IMG/VR virus record: IMGVR_UViG_3300042305_002533
Span: 1-64,000 of that record
DNA: 64,000 nt
Strand: one strand, 5' to 3'
From: a virus
Part shown: positions 27,901 to 37,951 of the stretch, in pieces
Position numbering within the stretch: position 1 is the stretch's first letter
Layout of the letters: each line of letters begins with the position of its first letter
Notes under the pieces: model-generated
The model's input: only the letters and a program-made list of their open reading frames with translations
The model's database searches: none
Told to the model about the DNA's origin: nothing
Made by a program: the position numbers and the translations under genes

Positions 27901-28749
27901 ACAAAACGCCGAGCGCAAGAACAGCTAGCACGAATTGGCGCGCATTTGGAGACTCGGTTTGGCCCCGATAGGGCTAGTCAAATGCGACGCGCTGCGGTAC
28001 AAAATTCAAATCAAATTGCTACGGATATCAATCAAAACCCCGAGCAGGCCGCTGCAGCAGAAACGTTCGTCCGCGAAACTTCACAACTCGGTCGCCCAGA
28101 AGAAGTTCTAAACCGCGTGGCGCAAGGCCGAGAGCGCATGCACGAAGGAGAAGCCCTCGAACGCATGTCTGGAGGCGCCGCATCGCTCTCCCAGCGGGGA
28201 GGAGCGCTCGGAGAGTTGTTTGAGGGAATTGGCGGGCGCCAGTTTACGATGTCGCGACTAGAAGACCGAATTGGCGCGCTCTCCGAAGAGCGGCTTCAAG
28301 AACTAAGTCGCGGCGACGAAAAGTCTAAAGAGGTAGCCCGCGCCGCGCGCCTCATGCGTAGCGATGATCGCGACCAGCAGGCGCGCGGCCGGATTAGCAT
28401 GCAACGCGCGCTGGGCGGCGGTGGAGATGAAGAACGCGAGAGGCGCCTTCGCCGAGAGTACGGGGAGCGATTTCACGGCATTGACGGCTTTTTCCGAGGT
28501 CTTGGGCGCTCAATGGGTATCGGCGCAACCGAAGAAGAGTTCGTACAAGAAGGCCTCATGCAGGGTACAGCCGCTGACGCAGATGCCAATCGGCAATCGG
28601 GGGCCGTGGACGCGGCACAAAGAGACTTTACGCAAGCCCTCGGCGGCTCTGGAAATGAACTTCTACAAGCAACTTCCGAGCTGCGAGAAGCTGCTCGCGC
28701 GCTGCAGGGCGCAGTTGCCGGTCGCGGGCTTGATAACCTTCTACCCTAG
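24931..28749 (+). CDS. tape measure protein
   Basis: 1272 aa, Ala/Gly/Gln-rich and helical, with glycine-zipper segments; follows the chaperone pair. Confidence 0.75.
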   Translation: MPDFDPSAPVDYNSMQQQAGLTPPQIQFAPTVFPGQVSAALAQGGPSAVSFVTQGSAGTSFGAGMFPGQQLQGFTNQAPMFQGPTGVMMPMAAAASFNPYGPMNPYAGLAARGAYSGPPGLFTPMAPMPPPAYAGQMAQAPFTPPPAAAQFNMAYAADLEQQQGLADGSYLSNFGYAGIGARIGANAIGGIGGAMLGANLGRRMGGRFGMVGAAIGGLAGFFGSEALGVGNFAQNTFMNQIASPFIQQRAIAGGIEELSQEFVNAGPGLHARGRGFSHHASAEVARGLRDLANSSQFQQQTGERFNQQDLLQITQSAARSDMMTGVQNPGQMVSRVRDIAKSLTSFMELAQEPDIQRAISTMGQLRSSGLNLSETTRAVAQGRQFARMAGTSFGELMDVGGALGSQTFQSMGLTQGLGLQTGMQNYALARGAQLGGTLNPQMMNLVGGAQGLSNLNNLFSASTLQMSMLAPSVMSASGGVNTGALQNLIGGGTNAFSQTTSATAALQAMTGRQGVGGLGMAIAMQPLMQDTIGRALQAQGPFAQRNFEDRNVLNTMRQMGMTGAGGFITMAQTMGMDRNQAVARAQELSDPAYYERQRAQIETARRENRRAELDRYEQERPGFFDEATRIDSTGLLRQARRFGAGTRQAYRHLGHLGAEMAGVSAPLEYENAENARDLRGTFDRDLRGAAREVESGMRPRGLSLGRRLSTEYALSEAQGNRGLVAAFDALGGLYDAPGDQEGREGRVRELRNVGRFADTLLNTSSQRERAALRNRAAAFGAGPEGLNRAAEFAVAATRAMSGRTGGGLSEEGGAALNLGVRGVAQIYSRGMLDPGNLVGRGTARQTDLEQAYVNSMRGSGRREEEVRRYFREHAPEITEQSSSLANLVMTPEERAASRDTAQRGQALAGYGDTGFVEAARGRQREGLQAMFGRGFEATDTNRQAVRGIFDRAAALGEFGANAAERRGSREAMATMAMYQAVIANPRTDPATKRRAQEQLARIGAHLETRFGPDRASQMRRAAVQNSNQIATDINQNPEQAAAAETFVRETSQLGRPEEVLNRVAQGRERMHEGEALERMSGGAASLSQRGGALGELFEGIGGRQFTMSRLEDRIGALSEERLQELSRGDEKSKEVARAARLMRSDDRDQQARGRISMQRALGGGGDEERERRLRREYGERFHGIDGFFRGLGRSMGIGATEEEFVQEGLMQGTAADADANRQSGAVDAAQRDFTQALGGSGNELLQATSELREAARALQGAVAGRGLDNLLP

Positions 28750-28757
28750 AGGCAGCC

Positions 28758-28985
28758 ATGGCCTTTCCCCCGGATGAGCTAGACGACTTCCCAGCTTCAC
28801 GGAGTGAACTTGTTACCCCGACGGGGGTATCGGTCGTTACCGCAATCCACGAGAATCTGGCCCAAAACTTCCGATTGGGCCTGACCCCCACCGTGGATTT
28901 TATGGCGCCTTGGCGTCTCGCCAAATACGTCGTCAATGAAATAGGCCCCGTCTATATCTACCGTCACGCGGAGAAGCGCTCATGA
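28758..28985 (+). CDS. hypothetical protein
   Basis: GAGG RBS; coupled to the next ORF. Confidence 0.55.
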   Translation: MAFPPDELDDFPASRSELVTPTGVSVVTAIHENLAQNFRLGLTPTVDFMAPWRLAKYVVNEIGPVYIYRHAEKRS

Positions 28986-30217
28986 GCCTCGCACGATACG
29001 CGCCGGGAGAAGATGCCGGGGGCAGCTCAGCAAAGGGCCTCTTTGCGCAATACCTTCAGGGCGAAACGCCTAAGTACGCAATAAACAACGGGTTTCGCGC
29101 TGATCTATTTCGCAACACCCTCGCGCGGATGTTCATTCGCGTTGACGCGTCTGAGATGCCTCTATTTCTCGGATCGATCGCTGATGAGCACACTCGAAAC
29201 AAGCTGGCGCGTAGAATCGCGGGCGACCCCACCCCGGTAGAAGCCCCGACGCCAACAGCAACGCCAGTTACGCCCTCGTCTACAGACGCCTCGACGCGCC
29301 GCCGGCACACGGCGACGGCAAATGGCTATCTGGACTTTTTAATTCAACAAGTTCAAATGCCCCTGCAAGAAAAGGTGCAGGTTACCGAGACGTTGTCAGA
29401 CAACTACGTGGCTTACGCCTTTGGGCAGGCCCCGCCCATGTGGCAGTTCCAAGGGACCTTGATCAACACCGTCCAGGATGATCAAGCGTCCAACATGTTT
29501 CGCCTGTACACGCAGATTCTCCGCGCTACGCAAATGGCGCGGCGGCAAAAGTCTTTAAGCTTGTCTTTTGACTCGTATATCGTCAACGGGATCATTACGA
29601 ATATCAACCTGAGCTTGTCCTCAAACAACGAGCTCATGGTTCCTTTTGCTTTTCAGCTTCTCGTCAAACGCGTATTCATCACGAACTACACGCGCGGCTG
29701 GGTGCCGACACAGGCCAACACCCCATTCTCCGCAGACCTGAACGCCATTGCGTATGACGGCAGGCCTCGTGAAGAAGGAGCACTGAACGTTATTGTCGGA
29801 CGGACTTCAACAGAGAGCCAAGCGCTTGTGACGCCTACACCGCAAAATCAGGCGGACGGGCGGACTAACACTCAAAGTGGCGTCGACGCCGGTACCGCGC
29901 CGCCTAATTTCTTCCCCTTGGCGCCCGAAGGAACCGTAGCCCCGGCCGTTGCTGTAAATTTGCTGGACAACCAAGCCCGCGCCCAATCGCAAGTCGCCCA
30001 GATTGCTCAAGCGCGTGCAGCGGCGCGGCCCCCGACACCCACGAACGCCCAGCCTAATCGACCAGAAACCACGTCTCCGCCGGGGCAAACCACAAATTCA
30101 AATGTTGCTCCGACCACGCCAGCCACAAACCCGGCACCTGGACTAGCCGCGAGGCTAAGTGCCGCCGCAGCAAACTATCCACTAGGCACCATCACGAATA
30201 CGGGGACCTTGTTTTAA
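28982..30217 (+). CDS. baseplate/tail tube initiator-like protein
   Basis: EK.QV.ET.....Y.FG.AP....G.L.N motif; position after tape measure. Confidence 0.55.
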   Translation: MSLARYAPGEDAGGSSAKGLFAQYLQGETPKYAINNGFRADLFRNTLARMFIRVDASEMPLFLGSIADEHTRNKLARRIAGDPTPVEAPTPTATPVTPSSTDASTRRRHTATANGYLDFLIQQVQMPLQEKVQVTETLSDNYVAYAFGQAPPMWQFQGTLINTVQDDQASNMFRLYTQILRATQMARRQKSLSLSFDSYIVNGIITNINLSLSSNNELMVPFAFQLLVKRVFITNYTRGWVPTQANTPFSADLNAIAYDGRPREEGALNVIVGRTSTESQALVTPTPQNQADGRTNTQSGVDAGTAPPNFFPLAPEGTVAPAVAVNLLDNQARAQSQVAQIAQARAAARPPTPTNAQPNRPETTSPPGQTTNSNVAPTTPATNPAPGLAARLSAAAANYPLGTITNTGTLF

Positions 30218-31347
30218 TGACAGTCGCATTACAACCCATCACCCCTGAATCGAACAGCCTGATAGCGCCGACCGCCACGGACATCTCGATTTCCGTCACA
30301 GATACAGGCGCCGACCCTGCGCGCGTGTTGAATGTGAGCGTAAACGCTGCGTTGATTTTTACGAGGCTCGCAGCCGTCACGACGTTTCTCGACGCGGGGT
30401 ACACAGTATCCGTCGCCACGCCGGAACCGAACGTCACCGTCTACACGCTGACCAAAACTACGCCCTGGCCCGACCCTTCAGGGGTTGACGTCAATACGAC
30501 TTATCAGGCAGACCCGGCGGCTCCGGTCATTACTAAAAACAGCACTGCGATCGCCGGCGCTTTTCAAGTTGTTCCGGCCACGCCTTATTCAGGACAACCC
30601 GATGCGCCTCCAAGAACGTCGATATCTTTGTCTATGGGCCAGCCCTCGGGCCCAGACATTGCCGGGTTTACTGTTTCTATAAACGATGCCGTCGCGCTGG
30701 TATTTCAGCCGGGCGCCCCCGTCTGGTCTTTGCCGGACTATTACGGGGCCGTTAACTACACAGCGCAATCTGCCACGGTCTTCATCGACCCGCGCCGGTA
30801 TTTCAATTACGACTTTCCAGTTCAGGTGACAATAAACGCATCGTTAGCGGTGGGGCTTTCAGTAGCCGCAGTTACGCGCACATACAAGTTCTACGTTGCG
30901 CCCCGGCTATCCCGCGCCGCCTCCCCAGAACTTCAGTACAGCCGTGTCGATCAACTATTTGAAAACAGCCCGGCGATTGAGACGCTTCGCTACGCCTTGA
31001 AGGGCGCCCTGCAAACGCGTCCGAGCGCCGCACCCTATCTGGTGCTGCTTTACGCCAGGATTTTACGGTCATCGTTGAAATCAGTGGCATCGATCTTCAA
31101 CCGGTCGGACCTGACCCCGTTGGCCGAAGCTCTGGTGCCGGAAGACCTCGTCGACCCCACAGCTGCGCTTGTGCCGCTTACGCCGTTTGAGATTCTCTGG
31201 GCTCCCGCTGTCTCAGAATCAAAAGAGATCGGGATTACCGAGGACACTTTGGGCTTGATAGAAAAAGCTTATGCCTCGCCCTATCCTCAAGAAAAACTCG
31301 GCGCCATCGCAGGGCTTGTGCTGCTCAACGCAAACGCGCGCACCTGA
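30217..31347 (+). CDS. virion structural protein (Ig-like N-terminus)
   Basis: Beta-rich Thr/Pro/Val composition; inside the tail operon. Confidence 0.5.
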   Translation: MTVALQPITPESNSLIAPTATDISISVTDTGADPARVLNVSVNAALIFTRLAAVTTFLDAGYTVSVATPEPNVTVYTLTKTTPWPDPSGVDVNTTYQADPAAPVITKNSTAIAGAFQVVPATPYSGQPDAPPRTSISLSMGQPSGPDIAGFTVSINDAVALVFQPGAPVWSLPDYYGAVNYTAQSATVFIDPRRYFNYDFPVQVTINASLAVGLSVAAVTRTYKFYVAPRLSRAASPELQYSRVDQLFENSPAIETLRYALKGALQTRPSAAPYLVLLYARILRSSLKSVASIFNRSDLTPLAEALVPEDLVDPTAALVPLTPFEILWAPAVSESKEIGITEDTLGLIEKAYASPYPQEKLGAIAGLVLLNANART

Positions 31348-31406
31348 CGCTTTCACGCCGTGAAGACGCAGTAGCTTTTTGCTCCGAAGGCCCTCATTAT
31401 TAGGGC

Positions 31407-34400
31407 ATGCCCTTCGATCCGTCGGCCGTACGCAGTGGTGCCACCTTCTCCACGAACCCAACGTATCAAGCGGCCTGGGTCTGCTATGTCAACGGCATAG
31501 AAGTCCCCATCATCGGCTTCGACATTCAGTGCGGGGTGTGGCAGCCGCCGGCCTTTACGATCCATATGATCCCGGACATCGTCCTGCAGCGCCTAGGCAG
31601 CGAAGACCGGGTGCCCGTTCAGATTTTTTACCTTGATTACTGGGTCGACGCAGAGCGACCAGAGTTTCGTCTGCTCGTTGACGGCGAAATTACGGGGTGG
31701 AGTTACAGCTCTTCGGTCGGCCAGCGAACCATGGCGTTTCGCTGCGTGTCGCACATTCACGTCTTTCAGCAGCTGTACTTCTTCTACATGACCAACGTGG
31801 ACAACGTGGTCGCTGCGCAGTCGCCGGAAGTTTTGTCCAGTTCGTTTTCGACCCCCGGGCTTCTCTACCCGTACTCACTTTTTCATCAGGGGCTTGTTGT
31901 TACCAATAATCAAGTCGCGGCAACACGGGCACAACCGCGACGTCCAGGGCAGCCAGGGCAAGCTACGCCTGTGCCGATGGACAATCCGGACGCCAATCTA
32001 GACCCTAACTCGCCCGCACAACCCATCAAAGCCCCATATGAGCTTGTTTATAACGTAATCAAAGGCGTCATCAGTTCAGAAGTGCCTAACAACCGGCACG
32101 CCATTCCGATGATGAACTTCTTTGCACGGCATATTCGAAAGACGCGCCTGCAAAACCGATTTGTGCGGTTACCGTTCCTTGAAGACCCCGAGGCGCTCGG
32201 CGAAGAGCAGGGCGTGTTCCCCATCTTCAAGGCTGCCCGGAATGCCGAAGCGTTGAACGCGATGCAGCGCCAGGTGTCGGCGCAGACTGGAGAGTCCGGG
32301 CCAGTTTGGAACATGCTGCAGCAAATCCTCTCCATGGTTTACATGGAGATCGCCATGATCCCCAATCCAGCGGCGGTGCTCGTAGAGCTCAACACCGCTG
32401 CTGCGGGCCCGCGCCAGGATGGAAAGATCATCGGCGTTTTGAGCAATAATTCTCCGGTGCAAACGACGCCTACGACTTCTGCATCCGGCGCGTCGCCCGG
32501 TATAGTCGCTGGAAGTGCGCAAGACACGCGCACCGCCTTGGAGATTTTACGGGGTACGACGCCGGCGAGCCCCACGGTAACGCCCACCGCCGCTCCCGCT
32601 GCCCCAGCGCCCGCGCCGGCCGCAGACGCCGCAACAACGGGAACCCCCGCCTCAACGTCGGCCGAGGGGGGCGCCCCGCCCACGCCCCCATTTCAAGGCA
32701 TTAATCCAAATACCCCCATTCGTCTCGCGCAGTATTTCGTAAAGCCTCAGTTCCTCTTTGCTGTTCCGCCACATTGCAACGTCATCTTTCCCTCGATGGT
32801 CGATGCATGGACATACGATGAGCCGTATCTGACGCAACCTACGCGCGTGTATGTCAACGACTCCGTGATGACGCAGGCGCTTCGCGCTAACGGGCCTAAC
32901 CGCCACTTTATTCTGCACGCGCTAACTGTCGCCTTCCCGGAAGAGGCAGACGCGTTGATGCACCATAAAGCTGGCGGCGACACCAACACAGAAACCACAC
33001 AGGCTACTGCCGGAAATCTTGAGTCTGGCAAGAACCTGTTGATCTGGCCTGAAGAGTATTACAAGGGGCCTGTCACCGAGAAACTGGACCTCCCGCCGTG
33101 GTTTCAGATGCTGCGGCAGTTTGCCAACTCGCAGCCTGCGCCCGGAACTCCAGGAGCTACGGCGCCCGGAACGACAAGCCCAGCAGCAGGGGGTGCTGGA
33201 AGCCCCACGGGCGGCGGGCCCGCGACGCCAACGCCCTTGGCGCCTGGAACGGGCGTTGTCATCCCCCCGACCATTACAGAGGCGCGGCGCGGCAATCCGA
33301 TTGGGCGGCAAGAAGCTCAGGAAAATTTTGCTTATCGGTGGCGCATGACTCCGGAAACTCAGCGGATTGGGGATACCAAACGCGTACAGGTCGATGGGAG
33401 TGCGACCTTTGGCGAGTTGGGGGAGCCTGTAAACGGGCGATACCAGTGGGAACCCGGCGACGCTTTAAAGGTGTTGGCCGCGCATTTGATTGAAAGGTTT
33501 CCCAACGCCTTTGATCACGGCGGTTACAAGCGCCCATTTGCCAGGCAGCCAACTGCCCCTCAACCGCCAAGAAAACGGGTAGGCGACATGCACATTCAAG
33601 GCCGCGCTATCGACATGATGTGCAAGCGGAAAGTTAATCCGCCCGGTACTCGGTTGCGCGGCATGCCCGATCTAGAAAACGTTAACCCCGCCGCTGAATA
33701 TCTTGTTCAAAACGCCGACGTTTTTGGAGTACAGTTAGTTGTCTGGGCCCGCTCTGAATGGTCCGCAAGAGGTGCGCCCGGGCGTAGGTACGCGCATTAC
33801 ACAAATGACCCTCAAAGAGAGAGCATGGACCATTTTGACCATATCCACCTTGACTTAAATTTGGCGGGGGCGCGGGGTGAATTACCTTTTTACCAAAATA
33901 ACCGACATCTCCTTCCTGTGCGACAACGTCGCCCACAACGCCGCAATGGCCAGGAGCCCGTAGCGCCTACAGGGCCGCGCCCGCTTCCAGTATTGCGCCC
34001 GCCGCGTCGGCCAGGAGAAAGCACTTCAACCCCGACGCGACCGGCGACGACGCCCGCCCCAGGAACCGCAACGGACGCGGCCAATAGGACCGTCGCCACA
34101 CAACCGGCCTACACGCCGGGGACGCCTGCGCCTGCGCAGAATGCCCCGGCTTCGCCCATACCGGCAACTCAAGCGCCTACCGCCGTAGACGCCGAAACGC
34201 TTGAGCGCTCTGCTGACTCTTTTCAGCAACTCTTCCGGCTGTACGCACAATACGAATTTTTACGCCGAAGGTATATGCAGCGGCAAGCTGCAGTTCAGAT
34301 GAAATTCAATCCGTACATCGTGCCCGGGTTTCCGTCGATGCTCTTTGACTCAATGCGAACCCGCTTCCACATGGTCGGCTACATCCAGGCTGTCTCACAC

Positions 34401-35522
34401 TCGGCGAGCGCTGCGGGCGGAGGCAACATCTCAACCTCGGTGCAGATGACGTGCTGCCGGACCTTGCCCGAATTCATCAACGACGTGCGTGCTGACGCTG
34501 AGCGTTTTCGTAGCCGGGTAACCGCTGCGCCTGCGGAAATTATTGACCAGATCCGCGAGCGCATGCAGGACGAGGACAACGCCGAAGCGTTTTACCGCCG
34601 CCTCTTTTATGGCAACGGCCCCCGCGCCGGCAACGCGCCTACAGCTTTCCGTTGGACGGAGGCCATGGGCTACAGCCGAGGGCTTTTGACCGAAGACATC
34701 TATGTCCGAGGCGAATCGGTGGCGGTCACGACAGCCCGCGCGCAAACCGTACAAAATGAAGAACAGAACGAAGTGGCGGCTACGACCGCCCCGGGAAATA
34801 CAGCGCCGCCTACTAACACTTCAAACGGAACGACCGCGCGCCTGCAACAAGCAGCCGCCGGCGCAAACGGCGCGTTTACTACGACGCCGCCTGGGAATGC
34901 GGCACCCACCGGCGTAGGCCTCAATTTTGATGTAAACGCCCCCAACCCCCCGGCCCAGAACACCCCGGCCCAGCAGGCAAATCGTCAGCAAGTAACGCAC
35001 AACCTCGACCCCAACGTAGAACTTTCACCCCGTGAAAATATCTACCAGGACGCCTTCGACCGTTATGACATTGCCATGCAGTTGGCCGCACGGCCAGCTT
35101 GTACGTTGGAGCAGTATATTCGTTTCTGGCACGGCGGCGCGGAGGTCGGCGCGCTTATTGATCGAGAAATTGTTACGGGGCCGCAGGACGCCTTCGCGTA
35201 TATCGAAGTAAAACAAGAAGAAGTTATCAAGAGCGTGATCGGCGTTAACGGCTCTGCCGAATACCTGCGAGGTATGGTCTCGCATAAGGTGGCGCTCTAC
35301 TACGACCGCATCTTCAAACTACGCCCCGGGCCCGGCACCGGAACCGGCCGCCTCACAGGGCCTACTGAGGCCGAGCGCGGATATACCGACCCGCCGTCGG
35401 TCAGGCCCTCTACGCAGCATTCTGGGGTCGCCGCTGATTATCCTCAAACGCGTGCGGACTGGGATACGATCCTGATCACGTACCGAAACAAAGTGCGAAC
35501 GCTTCTGAGGCCGACAGTATGA
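31407..35522 (+). CDS. baseplate hub-like protein with inserted M15-like Zn peptidase domain
   Basis: YVNGIEVP N-terminus, FNPYIVPGFP; H.QGRAID..HFDHIH. Confidence 0.65.
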   Translation: MPFDPSAVRSGATFSTNPTYQAAWVCYVNGIEVPIIGFDIQCGVWQPPAFTIHMIPDIVLQRLGSEDRVPVQIFYLDYWVDAERPEFRLLVDGEITGWSYSSSVGQRTMAFRCVSHIHVFQQLYFFYMTNVDNVVAAQSPEVLSSSFSTPGLLYPYSLFHQGLVVTNNQVAATRAQPRRPGQPGQATPVPMDNPDANLDPNSPAQPIKAPYELVYNVIKGVISSEVPNNRHAIPMMNFFARHIRKTRLQNRFVRLPFLEDPEALGEEQGVFPIFKAARNAEALNAMQRQVSAQTGESGPVWNMLQQILSMVYMEIAMIPNPAAVLVELNTAAAGPRQDGKIIGVLSNNSPVQTTPTTSASGASPGIVAGSAQDTRTALEILRGTTPASPTVTPTAAPAAPAPAPAADAATTGTPASTSAEGGAPPTPPFQGINPNTPIRLAQYFVKPQFLFAVPPHCNVIFPSMVDAWTYDEPYLTQPTRVYVNDSVMTQALRANGPNRHFILHALTVAFPEEADALMHHKAGGDTNTETTQATAGNLESGKNLLIWPEEYYKGPVTEKLDLPPWFQMLRQFANSQPAPGTPGATAPGTTSPAAGGAGSPTGGGPATPTPLAPGTGVVIPPTITEARRGNPIGRQEAQENFAYRWRMTPETQRIGDTKRVQVDGSATFGELGEPVNGRYQWEPGDALKVLAAHLIERFPNAFDHGGYKRPFARQPTAPQPPRKRVGDMHIQGRAIDMMCKRKVNPPGTRLRGMPDLENVNPAAEYLVQNADVFGVQLVVWARSEWSARGAPGRRYAHYTNDPQRESMDHFDHIHLDLNLAGARGELPFYQNNRHLLPVRQRRPQRRNGQEPVAPTGPRPLPVLRPPRRPGESTSTPTRPATTPAPGTATDAANRTVATQPAYTPGTPAPAQNAPASPIPATQAPTAVDAETLERSADSFQQLFRLYAQYEFLRRRYMQRQAAVQMKFNPYIVPGFPSMLFDSMRTRFHMVGYIQAVSHSASAAGGGNISTSVQMTCCRTLPEFINDVRADAERFRSRVTAAPAEIIDQIRERMQDEDNAEAFYRRLFYGNGPRAGNAPTAFRWTEAMGYSRGLLTEDIYVRGESVAVTTARAQTVQNEEQNEVAATTAPGNTAPPTNTSNGTTARLQQAAAGANGAFTTTPPGNAAPTGVGLNFDVNAPNPPAQNTPAQQANRQQVTHNLDPNVELSPRENIYQDAFDRYDIAMQLAARPACTLEQYIRFWHGGAEVGALIDREIVTGPQDAFAYIEVKQEEVIKSVIGVNGSAEYLRGMVSHKVALYYDRIFKLRPGPGTGTGRLTGPTEAERGYTDPPSVRPSTQHSGVAADYPQTRADWDTILITYRNKVRTLLRPTV

Positions 35523-36217
35523 CCCCGGCAAAATCCCTCGACCTTGAACTTTGGCGGGCATGGAAACAGATGCCGACGCCTCAGAACCTGGAGGCGCTGA
35601 TCAAACAGCTAAACCCGGTGCTGCAGCGCGAGATGATGCGGTGGTCCGGCATTGTCCCAAAGTACGTGCTGGAGAACGAAGCAAAAAAGCTCGCCATCAA
35701 AGCGTGCGAAACCTACAACCCCAACGCGGGGGCCGCTTTAGCGACGCACGTCACCAACCAGCTTCAAAAGTTGTCCCGCATCGCATACCAACGTCAAAGT
35801 TCGATGCTTGTGCCTGAGCAGCAGCGCTTGACGTTCAACCGCTACAACGCGGCCATGCGCCACCTTGAAGACCTGAACGGTCGCAAACCGACAATTAATG
35901 ACGTCGCAGACTATTTGGCCATCAAGCCAAAAGCGCTACAGAAGATCGTTGAGAACGTTGGGCGGCAGGAACTGATTGAATCCGGCGAAGGGCCGCAGTT
36001 CATTCAACACGCCGAGAGCGACGTGATTGATCTGGCCTACGGCGATATGACGCCGATGCAGAAGAAGATCTTCGAGATGCGTACGGGGTACAATCACACC
36101 CCGATCGCCAAGAGCGCCAAGGAGATCATGAAGGCGCTCAATATTACGCAGAGCCAGTTGAGCTACCAATTATCCGCCATCAAGACTTTGCTAGAGCGGG
36201 CGCAGAGACTACGCTAG
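35519..36217 (+). CDS. sigma-70 family (SigF/FliA-like) sigma factor
   Basis: Region 2 AIKA.ETYNP..GA.LATH; region 3 GRKPT..VADYL; region 4 MTP.QK.IF..R.G..EI...LNI. Confidence 0.75.
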   Translation: MTPAKSLDLELWRAWKQMPTPQNLEALIKQLNPVLQREMMRWSGIVPKYVLENEAKKLAIKACETYNPNAGAALATHVTNQLQKLSRIAYQRQSSMLVPEQQRLTFNRYNAAMRHLEDLNGRKPTINDVADYLAIKPKALQKIVENVGRQELIESGEGPQFIQHAESDVIDLAYGDMTPMQKKIFEMRTGYNHTPIAKSAKEIMKALNITQSQLSYQLSAIKTLLERAQRLR

Positions 36218-36221
36218 GCGC

Positions 36222-37496
36222 ATGACTTCCGCTTCGGAACTTCTGTCGCAATCTTTAACTCAGCTATCCGCCGCGCAACGCCGCGCTCAAGCGCAATACC
36301 TCAACGCTCAAGCGTTCCCAGGGCAAAGCGGGCCGCCTCGGCGGTTCATGAGTGACATAGGGTTTCTTTCGGCGAGTGGGTTTGCTTATTTGGAGGCAAA
36401 TCAAGCGAATTACTACTACGACGACACGGAGGGGCCTCGCGATATTTTACAAATTGTCTTGATCCCCTACGGCGTCGAGGCGGACCTTCAACGGCTAACG
36501 TCTTCAGCGCCCCGAGATCGCATTACGCACGCGATAGGGGCCGGTACAGGCGGCGTCGCGCCGCATCCGGAAGACGATCGTTTCTTAATCGCGGGCACCC
36601 TTAACGCGGACCTTTATTCCGAAGCAAAGCAATCCCTCGCTGTTCGACGAATAACGTCTCGAACCGGCCCCGCCACGCACTTCATTGTCAACCGCCTCGG
36701 CGGCGTGTCGGTCGGCCCAAGCGTAGACGCCCTTACTAGCGCCGTCCCCGATTTCTCAGACACGGCCGTGTTTGTGGCAGTCGAATCCGCTTTGATGATC
36801 TTGGCGGCCGACCACGCGCAACGCCGATTCGATCGAATCTTAGAGCAGCCCCTGACCGGCCGTCAGGTGGTTCAGCTAGCGGTCCTGCTTCAAAAACTCT
36901 TCACCGCCCTTGGGTCTAATTTCCCACGTGCATTTCCGCCAAATTTAACGCCCGCCCAGTCAGGGCTGCGTTACCAATTTCCATCTGAATTGCGGCAGTT
37001 GACCGCAGGCAATTTTATCGACACGCCGCCAACTCAGCCCGTAGAAAACCCCCGAATTTCGTACGCGTTCACCACCCCGGCAAACTTCTTCAATACTGTA
37101 TCGTTGCAAGGCCCTTACCAGCTCGCTACGGATATCTGGCGCCCCTTTGCAGCGCCAACGCCGCTTAGCACTCGCGAAGAAGCGCGCTCGGCCATGGCCC
37201 AGCTGAACACTGCCGGAGAAGAGACGGCGCTGATGGGCAACTACGCCACTGTGGCCGCCGGAGATCGCTCGACGGAAATGCAAACGGTCATCCGCAGTCA
37301 GGTGTTTGTGCAGCGGCAGCGCGTGGCGCAACAGGCTGAAGAAACCGCAGCAAATCAATCCGCCGATGCCGCCGCAGCTTCGACGACGAACCGCCTGCCG
37401 GACGAGAACGTGCTTCAGACCGACCCGCACTCCTATGATTTCAGCACCGGCCTTTGGGGCGCTCCCGACCCCGTGCTCGGCACCAGAAACGTCTAG
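36222..37496 (+). CDS. virion protein with amidase-2-like segment
   Basis: THFIVNR.G.V..V.VE..LT..Q...LA.LL; position before gp25. Confidence 0.45.
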   Translation: MTSASELLSQSLTQLSAAQRRAQAQYLNAQAFPGQSGPPRRFMSDIGFLSASGFAYLEANQANYYYDDTEGPRDILQIVLIPYGVEADLQRLTSSAPRDRITHAIGAGTGGVAPHPEDDRFLIAGTLNADLYSEAKQSLAVRRITSRTGPATHFIVNRLGGVSVGPSVDALTSAVPDFSDTAVFVAVESALMILAADHAQRRFDRILEQPLTGRQVVQLAVLLQKLFTALGSNFPRAFPPNLTPAQSGLRYQFPSELRQLTAGNFIDTPPTQPVENPRISYAFTTPANFFNTVSLQGPYQLATDIWRPFAAPTPLSTREEARSAMAQLNTAGEETALMGNYATVAAGDRSTEMQTVIRSQVFVQRQRVAQQAEETAANQSADAAAASTTNRLPDENVLQTDPHSYDFSTGLWGAPDPVLGTRNV

Positions 37497-37498
37497 CC

Positions 37499-37951
37499 AT
37501 GGCACGCTACGATCTTCATATCCAGCTGGTCGACCCCAGCGAGCAGACGTTTGGCGCCAATTTCAGTTTTGGCGTAGCCAACCCCATCTTGGTGACGGGC
37601 TTTCAGGCCCTCGTAAACCGCTGGATGAAAATTTTCATGACCCCCAAAGGCTCGCACCCCGTGCGGCGCACCGAGGGGACTGAGTTCCCCTACCTGTTGG
37701 GCTCGAACGTCACAGACATCCCGTCGTTGGAAGCGACCGTGGCCGAGTACATCGACGACGCCACGCAGCAGGTTCAGGCGGTCGACCGCATGTCCCCCAA
37801 CCTGACAAACGATCAGCGCCTGCGGGCTGCGGCGCTTCTTCAATTCAACGCCGTAGACGCGTCGAGTATCGAGTTCTGGGTAGAGCTAACCAATCAAGCG
37901 AATCAGCGCATGCGAGTGCTGATCCCCTATCTGGTGACCCCAAATGGCTGA
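37499..37951 (+). CDS. baseplate wedge gp25-like protein
   Basis: L...W.K.F.TP.GS.P....GT motif; precedes baseplate J. Confidence 0.7.
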   Translation: MARYDLHIQLVDPSEQTFGANFSFGVANPILVTGFQALVNRWMKIFMTPKGSHPVRRTEGTEFPYLLGSNVTDIPSLEATVAEYIDDATQQVQAVDRMSPNLTNDQRLRAAALLQFNAVDASSIEFWVELTNQANQRMRVLIPYLVTPNG

